The translations under genes and the position numbers were made by a program. The notes under the pieces are model-generated. The model saw only the letters and a list, made by a program, of their open reading frames with translations, searched no databases and was not told where the DNA came from. A DNA stretch of 63,878 nucleotides, the filler included, from Folioceros fuciformis (lineage: Eukaryota), in NCBI GenBank assembly GCA_049999805.1. It is 4 parts of 4 records of this genome, joined end to end, with 100 filler letters (N's around TTAATTAATTAA, not from the genome) between each part and the next. Parts side by side here need not be neighbours in the genome. Positions count along the whole stretch, not along the records: positions 1 to 24,999 come from JBNGIO010006173.1; 3 more parts are not named here. One strand, 5' to 3'. Positions 1 to 14,383 of the stretch are shown here, one piece after another. Position 1 is the first letter of the stretch. Each line of letters opens with the position of its first letter.

Positions 1-3000
1 CTCCTGCTGTGTGCACTCTCTTGTTAGGCTAGAGGCAGATGGAGGTGGCTGGCTACTTGGAAGACGTCTGCGTCTGCGTCTCCGTCCACGTCTGCGTCTC
101 CGTCTGGTGGCAGAGGCGAGCAGAGCGGGAGCAGGCAGGCAGGCAGGCTCTGGACAGGACAGACAGCCTCTCTCTCTCTTGCGATTGCAAAGGACAAGCG
201 TTTAAGAGGGGCCAGGCCAGCAGTCGGCAGTAGCACCGCAGACCAGCCCCAACCCCCTCACCTCTCCTGGTCATGGTCCCGACCACGCCGATTTGTGCCC
301 AATTTTTGCATTTGCCCAAATCCAGACTGCACTTCCCTCTGCTGGCGACCCGGCCTGGCCTATTCTAATTCGGTGGATATGGGGGAGTAGAGAGGCCTTC
401 CCCAAGAGCTCGAGTTGGTGCATTACTTGGTGTAGCGGGTTGAGGAGGGACTGGGAAGCCGGGGGGACGGGAGGCGGGATAAAGAGAAAGCGGCGTGGGA
501 AGCTTTGCCTTGGTTCCACCCGGCCGGAATCCGGTGACGCGGAAGCTTCGCTTTGGTTCCTGGCCCTGGCCCTGGCCCTGGCCCTGGCCCTGGCCCTGGC
601 CTTGGCCCTGGCCTTGGCCCTGGCCCCGGCCCTGCCTCACGGCCCTGCCTCTGCCTCTGCCTCTCGTGCCTGCCCCCGCCTCCGCATCCGCCTCTGCCGC
701 TGCCGCTGCTACGGCGCGCGACTCTGATTAACCGTTAACCACCGTTTCCTATTACCCACAAGACAGATACCGGCCGACCCAAATAACGTCTTTAACGGAA
801 AACACGCTCCCTAATCCCGTGTATCCATTACCCGGCCTGCAGATTGCCTGCGTCCCTGCGTCCCTGCCTGCCTGCCTGCTGGCTTGCTTGCTTGTTGCTA
901 CTTGCTCCTGGCTCCTGGCCCGCTGCGTAAAACTGCATGTGTAAAGTCAATGCTCCGAGTCTTGACCGTGTTTAATGATGTTCAAGCTCGGGCCGTACGC
1001 GCACCGGCTGCTTAAAGCTCAACTGTGACAGCCCACCTACCCTTAACCCGCCCTCTAACCCTAAGCCTGACCGCGTAACCTCCGTTCGGAGGCCCGTAAC
1101 TCACGGAACCTTGGTACAGTATGTATGTATGAATGTACATGTGGTGTGGCAGCAGAACCGGGGCCTCCATGGATGATGGCTGGCCCGGCCCGCCCCGGCT
1201 CAGCCCCCGGGAGAATGAGAGGGGAGCCTGGCCTCGTCCGACCGTGATGATGAGGCATCTGCTTGTGCTGCATGAAGGGAGCGGGGCCGCGGTGCGGTTA
1301 TGGCCCAAAATTGGGGCGCCTCGCAGGCCGAGCCCAATCATCCGCGCAACATCATTCATTGCCTCTGCCTCTGCCGCTGCCGCGGCCGCTGCACTCCCTG
1401 CGTAATCCCCCCCCAGGAGCAGACGAGATGCAGCTTTCATGAAAATGGTGAAGGATTAGCGCTTTCATGTACGCTACAGACCACTGTGCGCGCTTGGCTT
1501 CATAGGGATTTGGGGCTCTAGGTTTGCTCCCATTCTTTTTTTCCTTCTGGCGTAACCGTAACGGAGAAAGATTTTGAGGGGGAATGCAGTGCACTGCAGT
1601 GGAGTGCAGTGCAGCAGCGAGTGCAGACTGGGTAGCGTATGCTTCATTTGCGGGGAGCCTGGACCAGGGTGCAGGCATGGGCCCGATGATTGGATTTGGG
1701 GAAGTGGGCTTTGTCGTCCTGTCATCAAATGCCGCGATCTGCTTACCCATTTTTAGACTCTCGGCTGAGCAAAGCTGAGCCGAGACAGTGTCTTTGCAGC
1801 CAGCCCCAGCCTCCTGCTCCGGGGTCGGAGTCGGGAGTCGGGAGTCGGGAGTCGGGAGTCGAGCTCCGGGGCCTGGGGCCCGGGCCCAGGCACAAACACA
1901 AACACAAGCACAAGCACAGCCTGCCAGAATCCAGGTTCGTGTCTGCCACAGCACTACGCTTTTCCGGAATCCGTCTTCCTTCTTTGGCCACCTTTCCGAA
2001 AATGTCGTGCCGAATGCAATGCGGTGCTTCAAAATTTGGGGCCAGCTCGAGCGATGCTGTGAAGCGAATTGATCCCAAAGAATCCGCAACCAAATATTTT
2101 GTGCTTGCAGTCCCCGATGCACGCTATCTGTGTTCCTCGCTACAACCATTATGCGGCTTGTGACTGCACTTTCCTCGCACCATCTTTGACCGCCTCGGCC
2201 AAAGCGCCCCATTGTGGAGTCGAAGGGCATGCGAACGAGAATTCATGGGAATGTGATAGGGCTGGCTGGTCGCGCACATGTATCACAAGCAGATGCAGAT
2301 GCGCCATGTTGGCGGGATTCCGCTAGACCCATCCGATTAACGGAAATTTAAACACTCCCGCGGCTGCCAATGCCGGGAGCGCTAAAAGCCACCGCCTCCC
2401 GCCTCCCGCCTCCCGTGTTCCGTATCCCGTGTCCCTCGTCCCGGGTCCTTGTCGTGCCTGCCTCCCGAGTTTCCCGGCGCGCCAGCGCCCTCGATCCCCG
2501 TTCCGTTATGTGACCCGTTCCGTTGGGAGCGGCAGCAAGATGTATCGGCGCACCCTGCACGAGGGGGCCCGGGATCTGGCTTGCTGCTTGCATGAGAAGG
2601 GAGCTGGCGGGGACCCTGGCCCACCCGCGGCAGAGATGATATGACATGCCATGACATGACATGAGAGGATATGAGATAACGTGTACATACTGGATGTATG
2701 TTTCTTGTGTGGTGTGAAAGGGAGAAGAGGAGAAAAGCGAGAGGGGGAGGGGAGGCGGGGCCTGGGCTGCATACCGTTTGCTACCCTTTGGGTTATCGGG
2801 TCACGGGAGATGGGGACTTGGCGTCCGAAAAGGGGAGCATCACTTCGGCGTGGCCACACCACCTGCTGCTGGTGTGACAAACGTGAACGAGCACCAACGA
2901 CCGGTGCCGATGCCGATGCCGGTGCCTGTGCCTGTTCCTGTGCCACCCAGTTGCTGCTCGCTGGGTGGGATATGTTAAAGCTTGTTGCCGATGGGAAGAG

Positions 3001-6000
3001 AGGTGGAGAACGTTGCCCGGTGGCAACAAACACAGGCGGGGAACGAGACGGGATAATATTCTTGCGCTACTGGCAGGGGAATAAAGGCCAAGGCGAGTGT
3101 AACGCAAGTCATTGCAAGGCAGCGCGTAAAGCACAGCAGAGGCAAGGAAAGGAAAGCAAAGCAAGCCAAGCCCCCGGGTTGTGCATGCTCGCCTCCGCCG
3201 TTTCTCTGTCTAAGCAGCTGGCTGGCTGGCTGTAGCTGTAGCGTCCGTGTGTTGGGGAGCCCGAAGCTGTGCTGGGTAAACGAGATGCCGCTCCGTACCA
3301 CGGTACTGTGGGAGGCTCATGTCATGCACTGTGTCAGTGCGCCTACCCTACCCCACAGGAGCTGGACTGCTGGAATGGGCTGTTGAGCAGCAGCAGCACA
3401 ACAAGCTACACAAGCAAACGGTTGCGAAACAGATGACAAGATTAAAATACATGTGCACATTCTCCACAGTTGTCTAATGTCTTCTTTCCAGCCCATTCCG
3501 CTACCCGAGATTTGGCGGGATGCGGGTCCGGCGACAGCAGGCTAGGCGACCTTGCCGGACTCCGACGCTGTGCCTTCTTTGCCTTTGCCATTGCCTTTGC
3601 GTTTGCCTTTCTCTTCGCTTTACCAGTGCCCAATAATGCACGCTGCTCGGCCTGGGCTTTGATGATAACAGGCTCAGACGGGGAGACGCTGGGCCCGCTG
3701 CCATGATCCTTACAGAATCCACATTCCGATCTTTCCGTCCGCCACATCGTCATGTGCAGCGTGGGCACAAGAAAGCTCGCTAAAGCATGCTTATTTAGCC
3801 GGCCCAAAAGCTGACATAGTGTATGATTACAACATGGCTGGCGCTTGTGCTTGCGCTCGCGCTGGCCCTGTCGCGCTGCCCTGGCTCTGTCCCTGGCCCT
3901 GGCCCTGAAGCACGCCTGCCCCTCTTGCCTCTGTGCGCGTCTGCGTCTGCATCTGCATCTGCATCTGCGCCTCTGCTGCCGCTGCCACTAATGGTGGGAC
4001 GGGGTGAGTGAGAGCGCGACCATAGGCCCTAGGGTAGGTGATGCCTGCATGCATGTCTGTGACATATCCGAATGATGGCACCGGCACCTCAGCTGCGCGG
4101 ATCCGGATCCGGAGCTCCACTGCGCTTGTGCTATCGCGATGCTCGCCGGTCAGCCCGCTGCAAAAGTCGATTCTATGTAGGCCTGGAGCGGACTGGAGTC
4201 CGCCTCTGCCAAGGCCTGCTGCTGCCTGGACCTCTGCCTCTGGACTGCACTACAGCTTCACAACCGACTGCTGCTCTGCCCACAGGACAGGTACCTACCT
4301 ACTTGCATACCGTGTAAGTTTGCCCTTCACCTTGCCCTCGCCCTCTCCCTTGGGAGGTCTCACCTCCTTCCCGGACTCCTTTTATTACTCTCCGACTCCC
4401 ACACGTACCAAAGTGAAGAGCACAGTACCTCCCTCCGCAGCCGTCGACATCGCTCGATGGTGTGCATATATGCATACGGTATCAGTAGGAGCATCTGGAG
4501 TAGAGTAGGAGTAGGCGTATGAAGATGCGTACGTAGACACTTGGATTGCTTGCGTCAAGTTTGAAGTTGGTGTGGTCGAAAAAGAGGAAAAAGCTTGGGA
4601 CCAAAGTGCTGGCAAGGGCGGAGGCTGTTGGGAGCATGGCCTGGCTGGCCACGGGGGGGCCTGGCATATTGGATTCCCATTGGTGCACGTACGTACTACG
4701 TAACGCAACAACGCCACGCACATAACGGATCGGACACCAATACCATAGCAGTGGATGTGGAATCTCCACGACTTCCTAGTCCAACCAGTCTTCCATGCTT
4801 CTTCTTCGTCTCTTCTTCTTCTTCCATGTTTGTACATACTAGTCTTTTTTTCGGGACTAGATTACTTGGCTTCTTCACACATGTTCATGTGGTGGGTACA
4901 TATTTGGTTATCGTGCCGGCAGACGGGCAGGACCGACCGGCCGGTTGGGCAGTTGCATCTCAAGTCTACTCTAGTCTTTCTTTGCGTTTACACATATGTA
5001 GTCTGTACAAGGCTACAAAATTGCCGATATTGGAGTTGTTAGAGACAAAATCCACCTACCGAACCGAACCTACCAAGCTGAAATCCGTGTCGCAGTGGGA
5101 GTGGGAGTCGGAGTCCAAGTCGGGGTTGGAGTCTGAGTCGGAATGAAGAGTAGGAGCTAGTCTATCGATTCCCATTTGCCACTGCTGCTGCTGCCGCTGC
5201 CGCTGCTAGTACTACCTTTTCCATTCCTGGGCCAGTGAGGTAACGGTTTGCAGATGCCCACGGTGCCAAGCCCCGCTGCACCGACAAAGGAGGAACTGGG
5301 GATGCACAGGAGATGAAAGGCCGTTGATAAAAAAGCACAAGCCAGATACATACATAGTAATATGACACTGCATGTACAGTAGGAGGCGTGATGGCCACAG
5401 TCCAGGTTGGGTAATGGGTGGGGACAAATATTGGGGTTGGCATACAATGTGCAGATTGTCTTGTAGCTCAAAAGAAAAAGGGAGCCCTAAGACAGACAAT
5501 AAATGAGGGCTGGAGTTGCATCCAGGGCTCTCTTGCTGCCACGCCTCTCCTCTCTTGTTGCCTCGCACTCCGCGCCGTCATGGTTAGATATGGGACCAGG
5601 CGGCAGAGGCCCAGGCCCATCCGGCATTCAATGCCGCGGCCCGACTCAGGCTTTCCGCCCGCCCGGGCCTTCTTTTCTGAACTGGCAGCCTGAGAGGGAG
5701 GCTCCAATCAGCCTGGCAATGCCCCCACCCAAATGGAACTCAGCCGGTAGGCCGGGAAGCGTGGGAAGCCCGAATCGGGATCCATGCCCACTCAGGAGCC
5801 AAGCTTGCGCGGAAAAAGCAGGTTGCAGGCAGCAGGGTTTGGTTTGATAAGAGCAACGTTGCCAGTTCCCGGTTCCCAGATACCAGGTTGCCGGTTCCCC
5901 GTTTCCGACGTGTGAAACCCAAAAGGCCCGTGGCCGGGGCCGGGGGAACGGGCGACCCGGTCAGGAGTCTGTCTAGTCAGGCCGTGCCGTGCCGTAACAG

Positions 6001-9000
6001 GACAACAACACAGCAGCCCGGCTTCCGGCTCGACTTCCCATGTGCTGTGCCCACGGCGGCCACTGCAGTGCTATCGCTAGCGGTGCGCGCATCGGGATCA
6101 GCTCCCAGCGCCCACTCCCAGTCCGACTCCACGGCACACTATGTTGGGATTGCTGTAATACGTAGTGTACATTGCACATATCTATCTAGTGGTACAGCAC
6201 AGCACTTGTAGTACAAGCATTGCGTGCTCCGCTTTTGTAATGTACTGTATGGAGTGCTCGTTTGGGGCACGACAAAGGCAAGCGCGCTACTGACCAGGCC
6301 CCCATTTTCCCAAAAATGCCTTACCGCTGCTGCTGCTGCTTGCGGCAGGGCCATAGTCCGCGCCAGGCAGTGCTTCGTAAGCTCAGGCCGGCCCGATTCG
6401 GGCGCTAGCCTCCAGACCTTGCAAGGCCCACGGGTGAGGTGACGAGCGGGGGAGGGGGCGGGGCTGCAAGCTTGCCCAACATCCCAAACGGTTTGCCATA
6501 AACATGCCACAAAAGCAGGCCAGTTATTAGCGAGCCGTAATGGGGGACAGGTTGGGGCTGGCCCTGCAGGTGGCAGGGCCGAGGGGCATCTGTCACCGTG
6601 ACGTCAACATTCTGAGCGCTTACGCGAGAGTGAGTAAAATATTGATTGAGATGCACATGAATCAGGGACATTGAGCTTGGGTTGGGCTTTCGCCCCTGGA
6701 AATTCGTCGGTTGCGGTTAATGGGGGATATTCTGCGTTTGGTTTGTGGAATTGAGACGGCATGTTCTCACCTGACAGGATCCACTGTCTCCCTGCGTCCG
6801 CCTCAGGCTCGGCCTCTCCCGTGGCTCCAGGACCTGGCCATGGTCCCCAGCGAAAAACGGGAGATGGAAAATATTGTGGGGCCCCTACAGATCAGTGCTA
6901 CTGCCACTGCCCATGCCCCCTCCCGTTCTGTTTGCTCTCCGTGCGGGCACATATAACGGTTGCAAGTGACTTCGGTGGACTGGGCGTGTGGTAGGGCCAG
7001 TCCCAGCGCCAGTCCCACCGCCCCTGCCCCGGGCACTAAAAGAAGCGACGCAACAACTTGTTTCTTGTTCCGTCCCCACCGACTTGTTTTGGCCTCTCTG
7101 TGCCTTTGTGCAGCGGCATGGCATGGCGCCACGGGGGAACAGAACAGATCACGGCTGGGGTAGCCGTGGATGTGCCACATCCACGCCTCTTGTGTCCATT
7201 GTCGTCCCCCTTCGCCCATGGTAAGAGCACTAAACTTGAGAAATTGAGAATGACACAATCATTCGACCTGGGGCCGGCGCTCATGGGGTACATCAGAAAT
7301 AGAGTCTGATGTGAGTACCTGTGTCAGCGGGATTGAGCGGGGCCTGGACTGGACATAGGCAAGGGCGAGGGGCAAGTTGCAAAAGCAGGGCCCGCCTTTT
7401 ACATTGCACCCTCCTGGGGCTTGGCCCAGGCTTCACCACTTCGATTTGTTTCTTTCCTCTTCTACCTAAGACAAATGTAGAGTGTGTGGACTGTGGACAG
7501 AGCGGAGTGTGTGCTGCAACGGTTCCAACACCACCTGAACCTGGGACCCGGGACCTAGGACCTAGGACCTGGGACCTGGGACCTGGGACCTGGATCTGAA
7601 CGCGGACAGTTACAGTTTTCAAACGGTTCGGTTCATAAACGACCCTATCATCCTCTTCTCTCGTGTGCCGGCCTTGTCCCTGGAACGGAATCCACGCTTG
7701 TTGCTTTTGCTCAAATCGGCTTCCATCCCTTATAATACGATAGAGGGTAGCTTGGAATTCCTTCCCTTGCGTGCGGCGTTTTGGGGATTGGTTCCGGAGC
7801 CCAGACCGGTTGCAGTTCCCGGTAGCGGTTCCCGGTTGCGGTAGCACACACGAACGGTGTGACGTGCAGTTGGCGCTGTTGGGTAGCTAGTAGCAGTAGC
7901 AAGGGCATGCATATGTGGCCTGCCTCGCCGCGCCTCACCCGTTTGTCGTCTACCATATACGCGTCTTTAATTGATGGCGACCTGCCTCCCTCTTAATGTG
8001 CAGTAGTCTGCAGGGCACCGTAATCAAGTAAGCGTTACTCTAGGCCGGTACGGGTTGGGGAGATGAATGGACGCCGCAGCAGCTGCAGCAGCAGCGTGCA
8101 TGGCCCGGGACTGGGACACCGCCCGGGCTCCCAGCCTTCAATAAAGCCTTCCACGCTCCACGCTCCACGCTCCAGCCTCCAGCCTCCAGCCTCCAGCCTC
8201 CAGCCACTGCCCAACAAGTCAGCTTCAGGCCAGGGCAGGACAGGGCGGGGCAGGTCAGGCCAGGCCTCTGCCCTGCCCTGCCCTGCCCTGGCCTGCCTGG
8301 GAGGCCTGGCACGTACAGACAATAGCATGATCCATTACTATCCTACGTAATGCTTGCTGGACGATTACGAATTTGAGCAGGTCAACATCACGCTCATCAC
8401 GGCAGTAATGAGGCCAGACTTGGTGGTAATGAGCACAGCTCTTGCAGACTGGGGCCTGGCCGTTCCCCACCGTGCACTGCATCCTTTTTTTTCCCGTTGA
8501 AGTCAACACGAGCATGCCATGCCATTACCACCAGTGTACATATCTCACGGTACGCTTTTCCTGTGGCGCGTAAACATGCATTTATGTAAGCGACAGCGGT
8601 GCGGGGGACGGGAGCGGGAGCGGGTCATAGTGGCGTGAATGAAAGGGCCTTGTCTGTATGCACCCAGCTTTGCACCATTCACGGGCGCCGTAGCCGTCGG
8701 CAGCAACCTGTAACCCCGTTACACATACCGCAGCAGGAACAGGTGCAAGAGCAATAGCAATAGCAGGAACGGACGAGGAGAGGGTGGTGGCAGTCCCGTG
8801 GCAGGAGGTTGCCGTTGGAAGCAGGGATCCCGTTCCGTTGTCAGAACCCCCAACCCCATCGCCCCAGCTTTGATAGATGTCGCTTGGAAGTGTAAGTAGT
8901 GTGGGTCAAACCTGCAAGTTTGAACGCAGCAGAGGTGCAGGCAGCAGCAAGGCTGCAGGCCGCAGGCAGCAGGCAGCAGGCCACTGCAGGATGCAGGGTG

Positions 9001-11960
9001 AAGCAGGCTGCAGGCTGCTTCCCTGGCAACTGAAATTCTGGTAAAGGCGCGGCCCGTGCAGCAGAGCGCCATCGCCAACCCGATCCGATATCCTCTTTTG
9101 CATCGATTCTGGAGGTACCGAGCCATGACCAGACCATTATTATTGTGCGTCACCTACCATCTTCATAACTCGGTCAAAGACCTAGTCAAAAGCAGTAAGG
9201 CTTCAAAACTTCACTGCACATACGTAACCTGTGCACCTAGGAGGCAGAGCAGGGCAGAGCCGGGCCCCGGGTGCGGGGCCAGAGCGGAGAGCCCGGGGAG
9301 CGGGCCGCTGGGAAGAAGGGAGCGGGCAGCCGGGTGAGAGGAGGCCGTTCCGTTAGGGACATGGCCCAAATGCCGGGCCTTTGGTCGGCACCGCAACTTG
9401 GCTGGCCGGGGCCCACCCTTCTTTTGGTTTCATGTTTTCTTATTTAAATTCTCTCACATAGGGATACGAGATAGGGGATACATAAGCAGGTATTGCATCG
9501 GGCCAGGGCGCAGAAGGTGAAGGCCCTCGGAGGCCCCAGTCCAATGGGGGCAAAGCCGTTTCCCTTTCCGTTCCCTTTTTCAGGTTCTCTCCACCAGCCG
9601 CTCTCGCTGCGCCAGCCACCAATAGTTGCGAGCGAGGAACATGAGAAATGTGTGTGTTGGAAGGCGAGGCGGGACAGCCCTCGCCAGTCCGCACGCGCCA
9701 CGTCTAGGGAACGGGGCCACGGGTGGCTGGCCGGCAGCCACCGATAGCGCTGTCCCGGTGCCCGAACCGCTGTACACTACAAAGATAGATACATATATTC
9801 ATCATTCTGCAGCTGCATCTCTCTTTTGGCAGCGGGGAAATGAAGGCTGCGTAGCTACAGGATATATGGAAGCGAAGCCAGCCATGGCAGACACGAGTCG
9901 TGATATGTTACTAGACTAGCACAGGGTATCCGAGTTCCGAGTTCCCAGTAGGGAATTGGGAATTCCGAGTGCCCAGAGCCCGGTGTCCAGAGCCCTGTGC
10001 CCAGTGCTTCAGTGTCCAGAGCCCAATTCCGAGTTCCAACCAACGATTTAGTTTCAAAGTACACCCGACGGCAGGGGATACATGACGCCATCCACAAAAT
10101 GCCGAATATCTGGAAACCCGCACCCGGCGCCTAAGGCATGGGCCTGGGCCTGGGCCTGGGCATCGACGCCTCGACGCGTACTCGGGTCTGAGAGCCTGCC
10201 TGCGCCTGTGCCTCCTGGCAGTGGCTACCATAGAAAAGAAAAGTTGGCAGACAAGCCGGCAGGCGGGCAAGGAAGGCCTCGGCTCTCTGGCTCCAGGCTC
10301 CGGTGTGTGTATCGTATCGGGATTCCATTCTTTTTCTTTCCTCCGCAAACATCATTCCCTGGAGCAGGAGGCGGAGGCGGAGGCGGGGGCGGAGGTGGAG
10401 AGGGAGCTGGAGCTGGAGCTGGAGCTCAAACCGGGCCCGGGCCCGGGCCCGGGCCCGGTGCAGGGGCCCTGCGAACCCGAATCGCGCTGCCACGCCGGAC
10501 AAGCAAAGCGTCCGCCACGCCCCCTCCATACTGCAAGCCTTCATATTCGGGCCACCAGCCCTACACAAAGCGGTTGTGCCTTTTTTCCTAAACAACACTA
10601 TCTACATACATCATCACAGACGGGCGAATCGCCCACCATGTGTACAGGCCGTGTCCAGTGGCCAGTAGCCAGCCCCATCCGCATCTTCATGTGGCCTCTG
10701 TGTGGGCCACATGTGCCTGTCCCGCCTCCTCACTCTCTCAGGAGGCTCAGTGACAGACTCTCAGTGGCTCAGAGCTACTGTATTTATTTATGGCCGATGG
10801 CGACCAGGCGGCAACGTCTGTAAATACAACATCATCCTCTCCTCTCCCCTCCTTTGGGCTCTCCCATAAATTCGCCTCTCGCACTGTCCGGGGACGTGCC
10901 CTCATAAAAGCCTGTCCATTTGGTTCACCACGACCCATTCATTGCCTCTCGCACTCACTCACTTCCAGGCCTTCTTCCCTGCTCCGCTCTTGTCTGCCCT
11001 GCTTCGCGCTTCTCTCCACCCGGCTCTGCTCTCTGCCCCTCTCTGCTCTGCGCTGCTCAGTTCCTCTCTGTCATTTCACCAACCCCGCTTCCTCGCGAAG
11101 GAAGCATGGCATGCACCCCTGGAACCCAATGTATGTACATGAATATACTACATGCATGCTACGGATCTAACAGGCCCAGCCCGTGCACCTGGCCGCAACC
11201 CTTCATCACCGGCTATTATAGTCCATGTACACGCAATGTACATTAGATGTACACGTTCAATGCCCTGAACACATCATATCTCATCATGTACGTGCGCGCC
11301 ATTATCGTCTGTCCTGCTCCCGCCAACCATACTCTAACGCTTCAAAACCGGCCAGTCGCAAATTCCAATCCTCCCAACAAAAAATTGAATTGGCAGAGGC
11401 GGAGGCAGAGGCGGATGCAGCGCCAACGCCAGCGCCAGCGCCAACCCCACGAGCTGTGACGTTGAGACGAGGGGGAAACAAACCACCGTCCATCATTGCG
11501 CGTTGCCAACAACGGACCGGCCTGCTCTTCAAAAATTCTTTTCTACTTCAGTGCGGGCACTGCCTTCTCCGAAAGGGACACCACGCTACGCCACTCCAAG
11601 CCACGGGACGGGACGGGACGGGACGGGACGACACGAGACGGGACGGGACAGGACGACAGGAGACGGGACGGGCCCAGTCCAGCCCGGCCCGGACCGGGCC
11701 TCCTCCGCCTCCCAACGAGACGCCTCATTATGATGGCCCTCTTGCGGGCCCACGTGGACGTTACACCACATCATGGCATGCACATGATGGAGCCTGCAAC
11801 TTTTTAACACATGGCTCCTCTCCGCCTCCTTCCTATTTTACATTTCCACTTCCCTGCCACCACCGCTCTCGCCTGCCACCGATCTTCCCCCTAGCACCCA
11901 AATCTTCTGCCGCCTGCCACTCTTGTGCCTACCTTTGTGTTCTGCACGCTTTTAAATAAA
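1..11960. other. GC/CpG-rich, microsatellite-dense, apparently non-coding and TE-free domain (probable long regulatory, UTR or intronic region)
   Basis: Many short-unit repeats, e.g. (CCCTGG)n ~560-625, (GGGAGTC)n ~1825-1863, (GGGACCT)n ~7540-7593, (CTCCACG)/(CTCCAGC)n ~8150-8205, (GCCCGG)n ~10432-10457, (GGGAC)n ~11604-11670. ORFs in all frames are low-complexity with no recognisable domain. Sharp switch to AT-rich DNA at ~11960. Confidence 0.6.
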
Positions 11961-12704
11961 TCCCTTCTCCACAAAAACAAAAGGGGGAGACCGTAGCTAG
12001 CCTAGTTTTTATTCATTTTATATCTCCCTTATAATCATTCCATACTTTTCTGAAAACAAAACGTGGTGTCGATAGCCTATACAAAGCTCTCTTCACAGAA
12101 AACACATATGCTGGCCAAGCTTTCCTTATCCTCCACCAGTTGCATACGAGGAATAAAGGGATTTTATTGCAAGAAAGAGATGGGAAAATTCATCATGCTT
12201 GGTAAAGGGGAAACAACCCATACCAAAGGGCACCATATCATTGGCAATTGACCCCACTATGCCATCTTGTAACTGCTTGCACCACTTATGATGACAAAAT
12301 GGATGGTGGGAAAGAGCCTACCTTTACCACTAGTGTCAAAGATGCCAGCTCCCTCATGTTTGTCATCATTCAAACAAACACTGTGGAGAATTCATTTTAT
12401 TCAAAAAAGAGAAGATCTGAAAAAATCAATCTGCCTCGTAATGAGAGAGAACACTAATTTAGATCCAAAAACTCTCTCTAAAGAAGCAATAGAATAGGCA
12501 TAGGTAGAGAAAATTGTCCAGCCTCTCTCTAAACAAGCAATAGAATAAGCATAGGCAGAGAAAATTGTCTAGCAAGACACTCCACCCAATCTATGTAAGA
12601 TAGAGAAAAGTGTCTGTCAACACACTCCACCCAACCTATCTCAGGAGTGAGTGCACCGACTTGCATGCATTGCCCATGTGGTTCCTAAAAGGTGCAATGA
12701 ATAC

Positions 12705-12965
12705 CATATCGAGGAACAAGCAAGCATGCTATTCATGTTCATGGATTTGAAAGTGCCTTTTCCCTTTAGTGGTGGACGATACTCACATCCTTGGGTCGAG
12801 GAATAGGGAGGCATGCTATCACTCTTCATGGGTTTGGAAGTGCCTTTTCCCTTAAGTGATGGACGATACTCACATCCTTGGGTCGAGGAACATGGAGGCA
12901 TGCTATCACTCTTCATGGCTTTAGAAGTGCCTTTTCCCTTTAGTGGTGGATGGTACTAATACCCT
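12705..12965. repeat. ~90-bp tandem repeat, ~3 copies
   Basis: Unit containing GCATGCTATCACTCTTCATGG...AAGTGCCTTTTCCCTT...GGACGATACTCACATCCTTGGGTCGAGGAA recurs. Confidence 0.85.
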
Positions 12966-13169
12966 CGACCCAAGGTTAAACAATATTGATATCCTTTAGC
13001 CAAGCGACAAGATGAAAGCTACCTTTAATTTCTTCTCTATCTGGTCATGGTGAAGTTTGCTAAGTGCAAGGTGTGATTGTCTTCTAGCATTACACCCCCT
13101 CTCCACTATCTAGGTGGGTTATTATTCCCTTAGTCAAGTTGCACTTCGGACATTATTAACTTGGTATGC

Positions 13170-13670
13170 TTGAATGCACAACTACCAATTCGATGTCAAG
13201 GTAGGCATCATTGCCCATTGTCTTTAGGAGCACTAGCTTGCCCATTGTCCCTGATATCTTTGGATGCACAACTACCAATTTGATGTCAAAGCAAACATCA
13301 TTGCTCGTTGTCTTAATAGGCACTACCTTGCCCATTGTCCCTGTTCATTGTAGTAAGGGGCACTAGCTTGCCCATCGTCTTGTAGTAAGGGGCACTAGCT
13401 TGCCTGCTGTCTTTAGGGGCACTAGCTTGCCCCTTGTCTTGTAGTAAGGGGCACTAGCTTGCCCATTGTCTTGTAGTAAGGGGCACTAGCTTGCCCATTG
13501 TCTTTAGGGGCATTGAATTATCCATTGTCTTTAAGGGGCATTGGCTTACCCATTGTCCTTAAGGGTATTGGCTTGTTGCTTTAGTATCATAGCCTCTAGT
13601 CTTTAGTGGTATTGGCTTATTGCTTTAGCATCATTCCCCATTGTCTTCAGGGGTATTGGCTTGTTGGCCA
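13170..13670. repeat. Degenerate ~27-31-bp tandem repeat (GGGCACTAGCTTGCCCATTGTCTT...) in a decayed TE-like region
   Basis: Multiple recurring GGGCACTAGCTTGCCC cores, each forming a small GGGCA/TGCCC inverted repeat. Confidence 0.8.
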
Positions 13671-14140
13671 TCAAGGCCTCAACTTCATCAACCTTCCCTA
13701 GGAGTTGGTCACTCTTTGCTCCTATCCTAGCCTTTTAGTTCTTAATCCATGATTCACCCTTGTGGAAGTCTTCATCTCGTGACTTAAGAGGAGGTTGCAA
13801 CGGTCATGCCTCCTTTTGTGGAGAAGTTATATGCGGCCTTCAAGCTTTTCTCCAAGAAAAGAAATTTTCACTGGCATAGAGGGCCCTTCTTCTACACCTG
13901 TCCTATCTTTGTTCTTGTTCACAAAAGGGAGCATGCTCTAGGCTCAGCTCAACCCATTCTTTAGCCTTTTCTCTCTTTGTGTGTACAAAGGACCTTAGAT
14001 GTTGTTTTAGGAGTTATGATTGTGTATGACATCTCCTTGTGCATAAATTGTATGGCCCATGGAATTGAAAACTTTCAAATCTCCTTAGGTGCAATTATCT
14101 TTTAGAATAATTTTTGCATAATTTTTAAGCTACGTTTCTA

Positions 14141-14383
14141 AAAATTGCTTGACCAATAACCCTTTCAGTTTGAAGTTAGTAGTGAACAATCTCCTTTACA
14201 ACATATGTTAGTTAGATACAACAAAAATTGCTAGACCAATAACTCTTTTAATTTGAAGTTAGTGAACAATCTCTTTTGCAACATATGTTAGTTAGATACA
14301 ATCAAAATTGTTAGACCAATAACTCTTTTAATTTGAAGTTAGTGAACAATCTTTTTTACAACATACGTTAGTTAGTTACAATA
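14141..14383. repeat. ~78-bp tandem repeat, 3 copies
   Basis: AAAATTGYTWGACCAATAAC...TTTGAAGTTAGT...GAACAATC...CAACATAYGTTAGTTAG three times. Confidence 0.9.

Noticed and set aside
1352..2230. 292-aa ORF and other long ORFs within 1-12 kb
   Set aside because: Translations of microsatellites in stop-poor GC-rich DNA; no domain recognised.
720..9360. Recurrent AACGG/CCGTT (MSA/MYB-like) motifs
   Set aside because: The number noticed is about what chance gives for a 5-mer in 12 kb of GC-rich DNA.
11054..11073. miR156-star or target-like TGCTCAGTTCCTCTCTGTCA (also a miR535-like stretch at 9-27)
   Set aside because: No complementary mature arm nearby and too many central mismatches.
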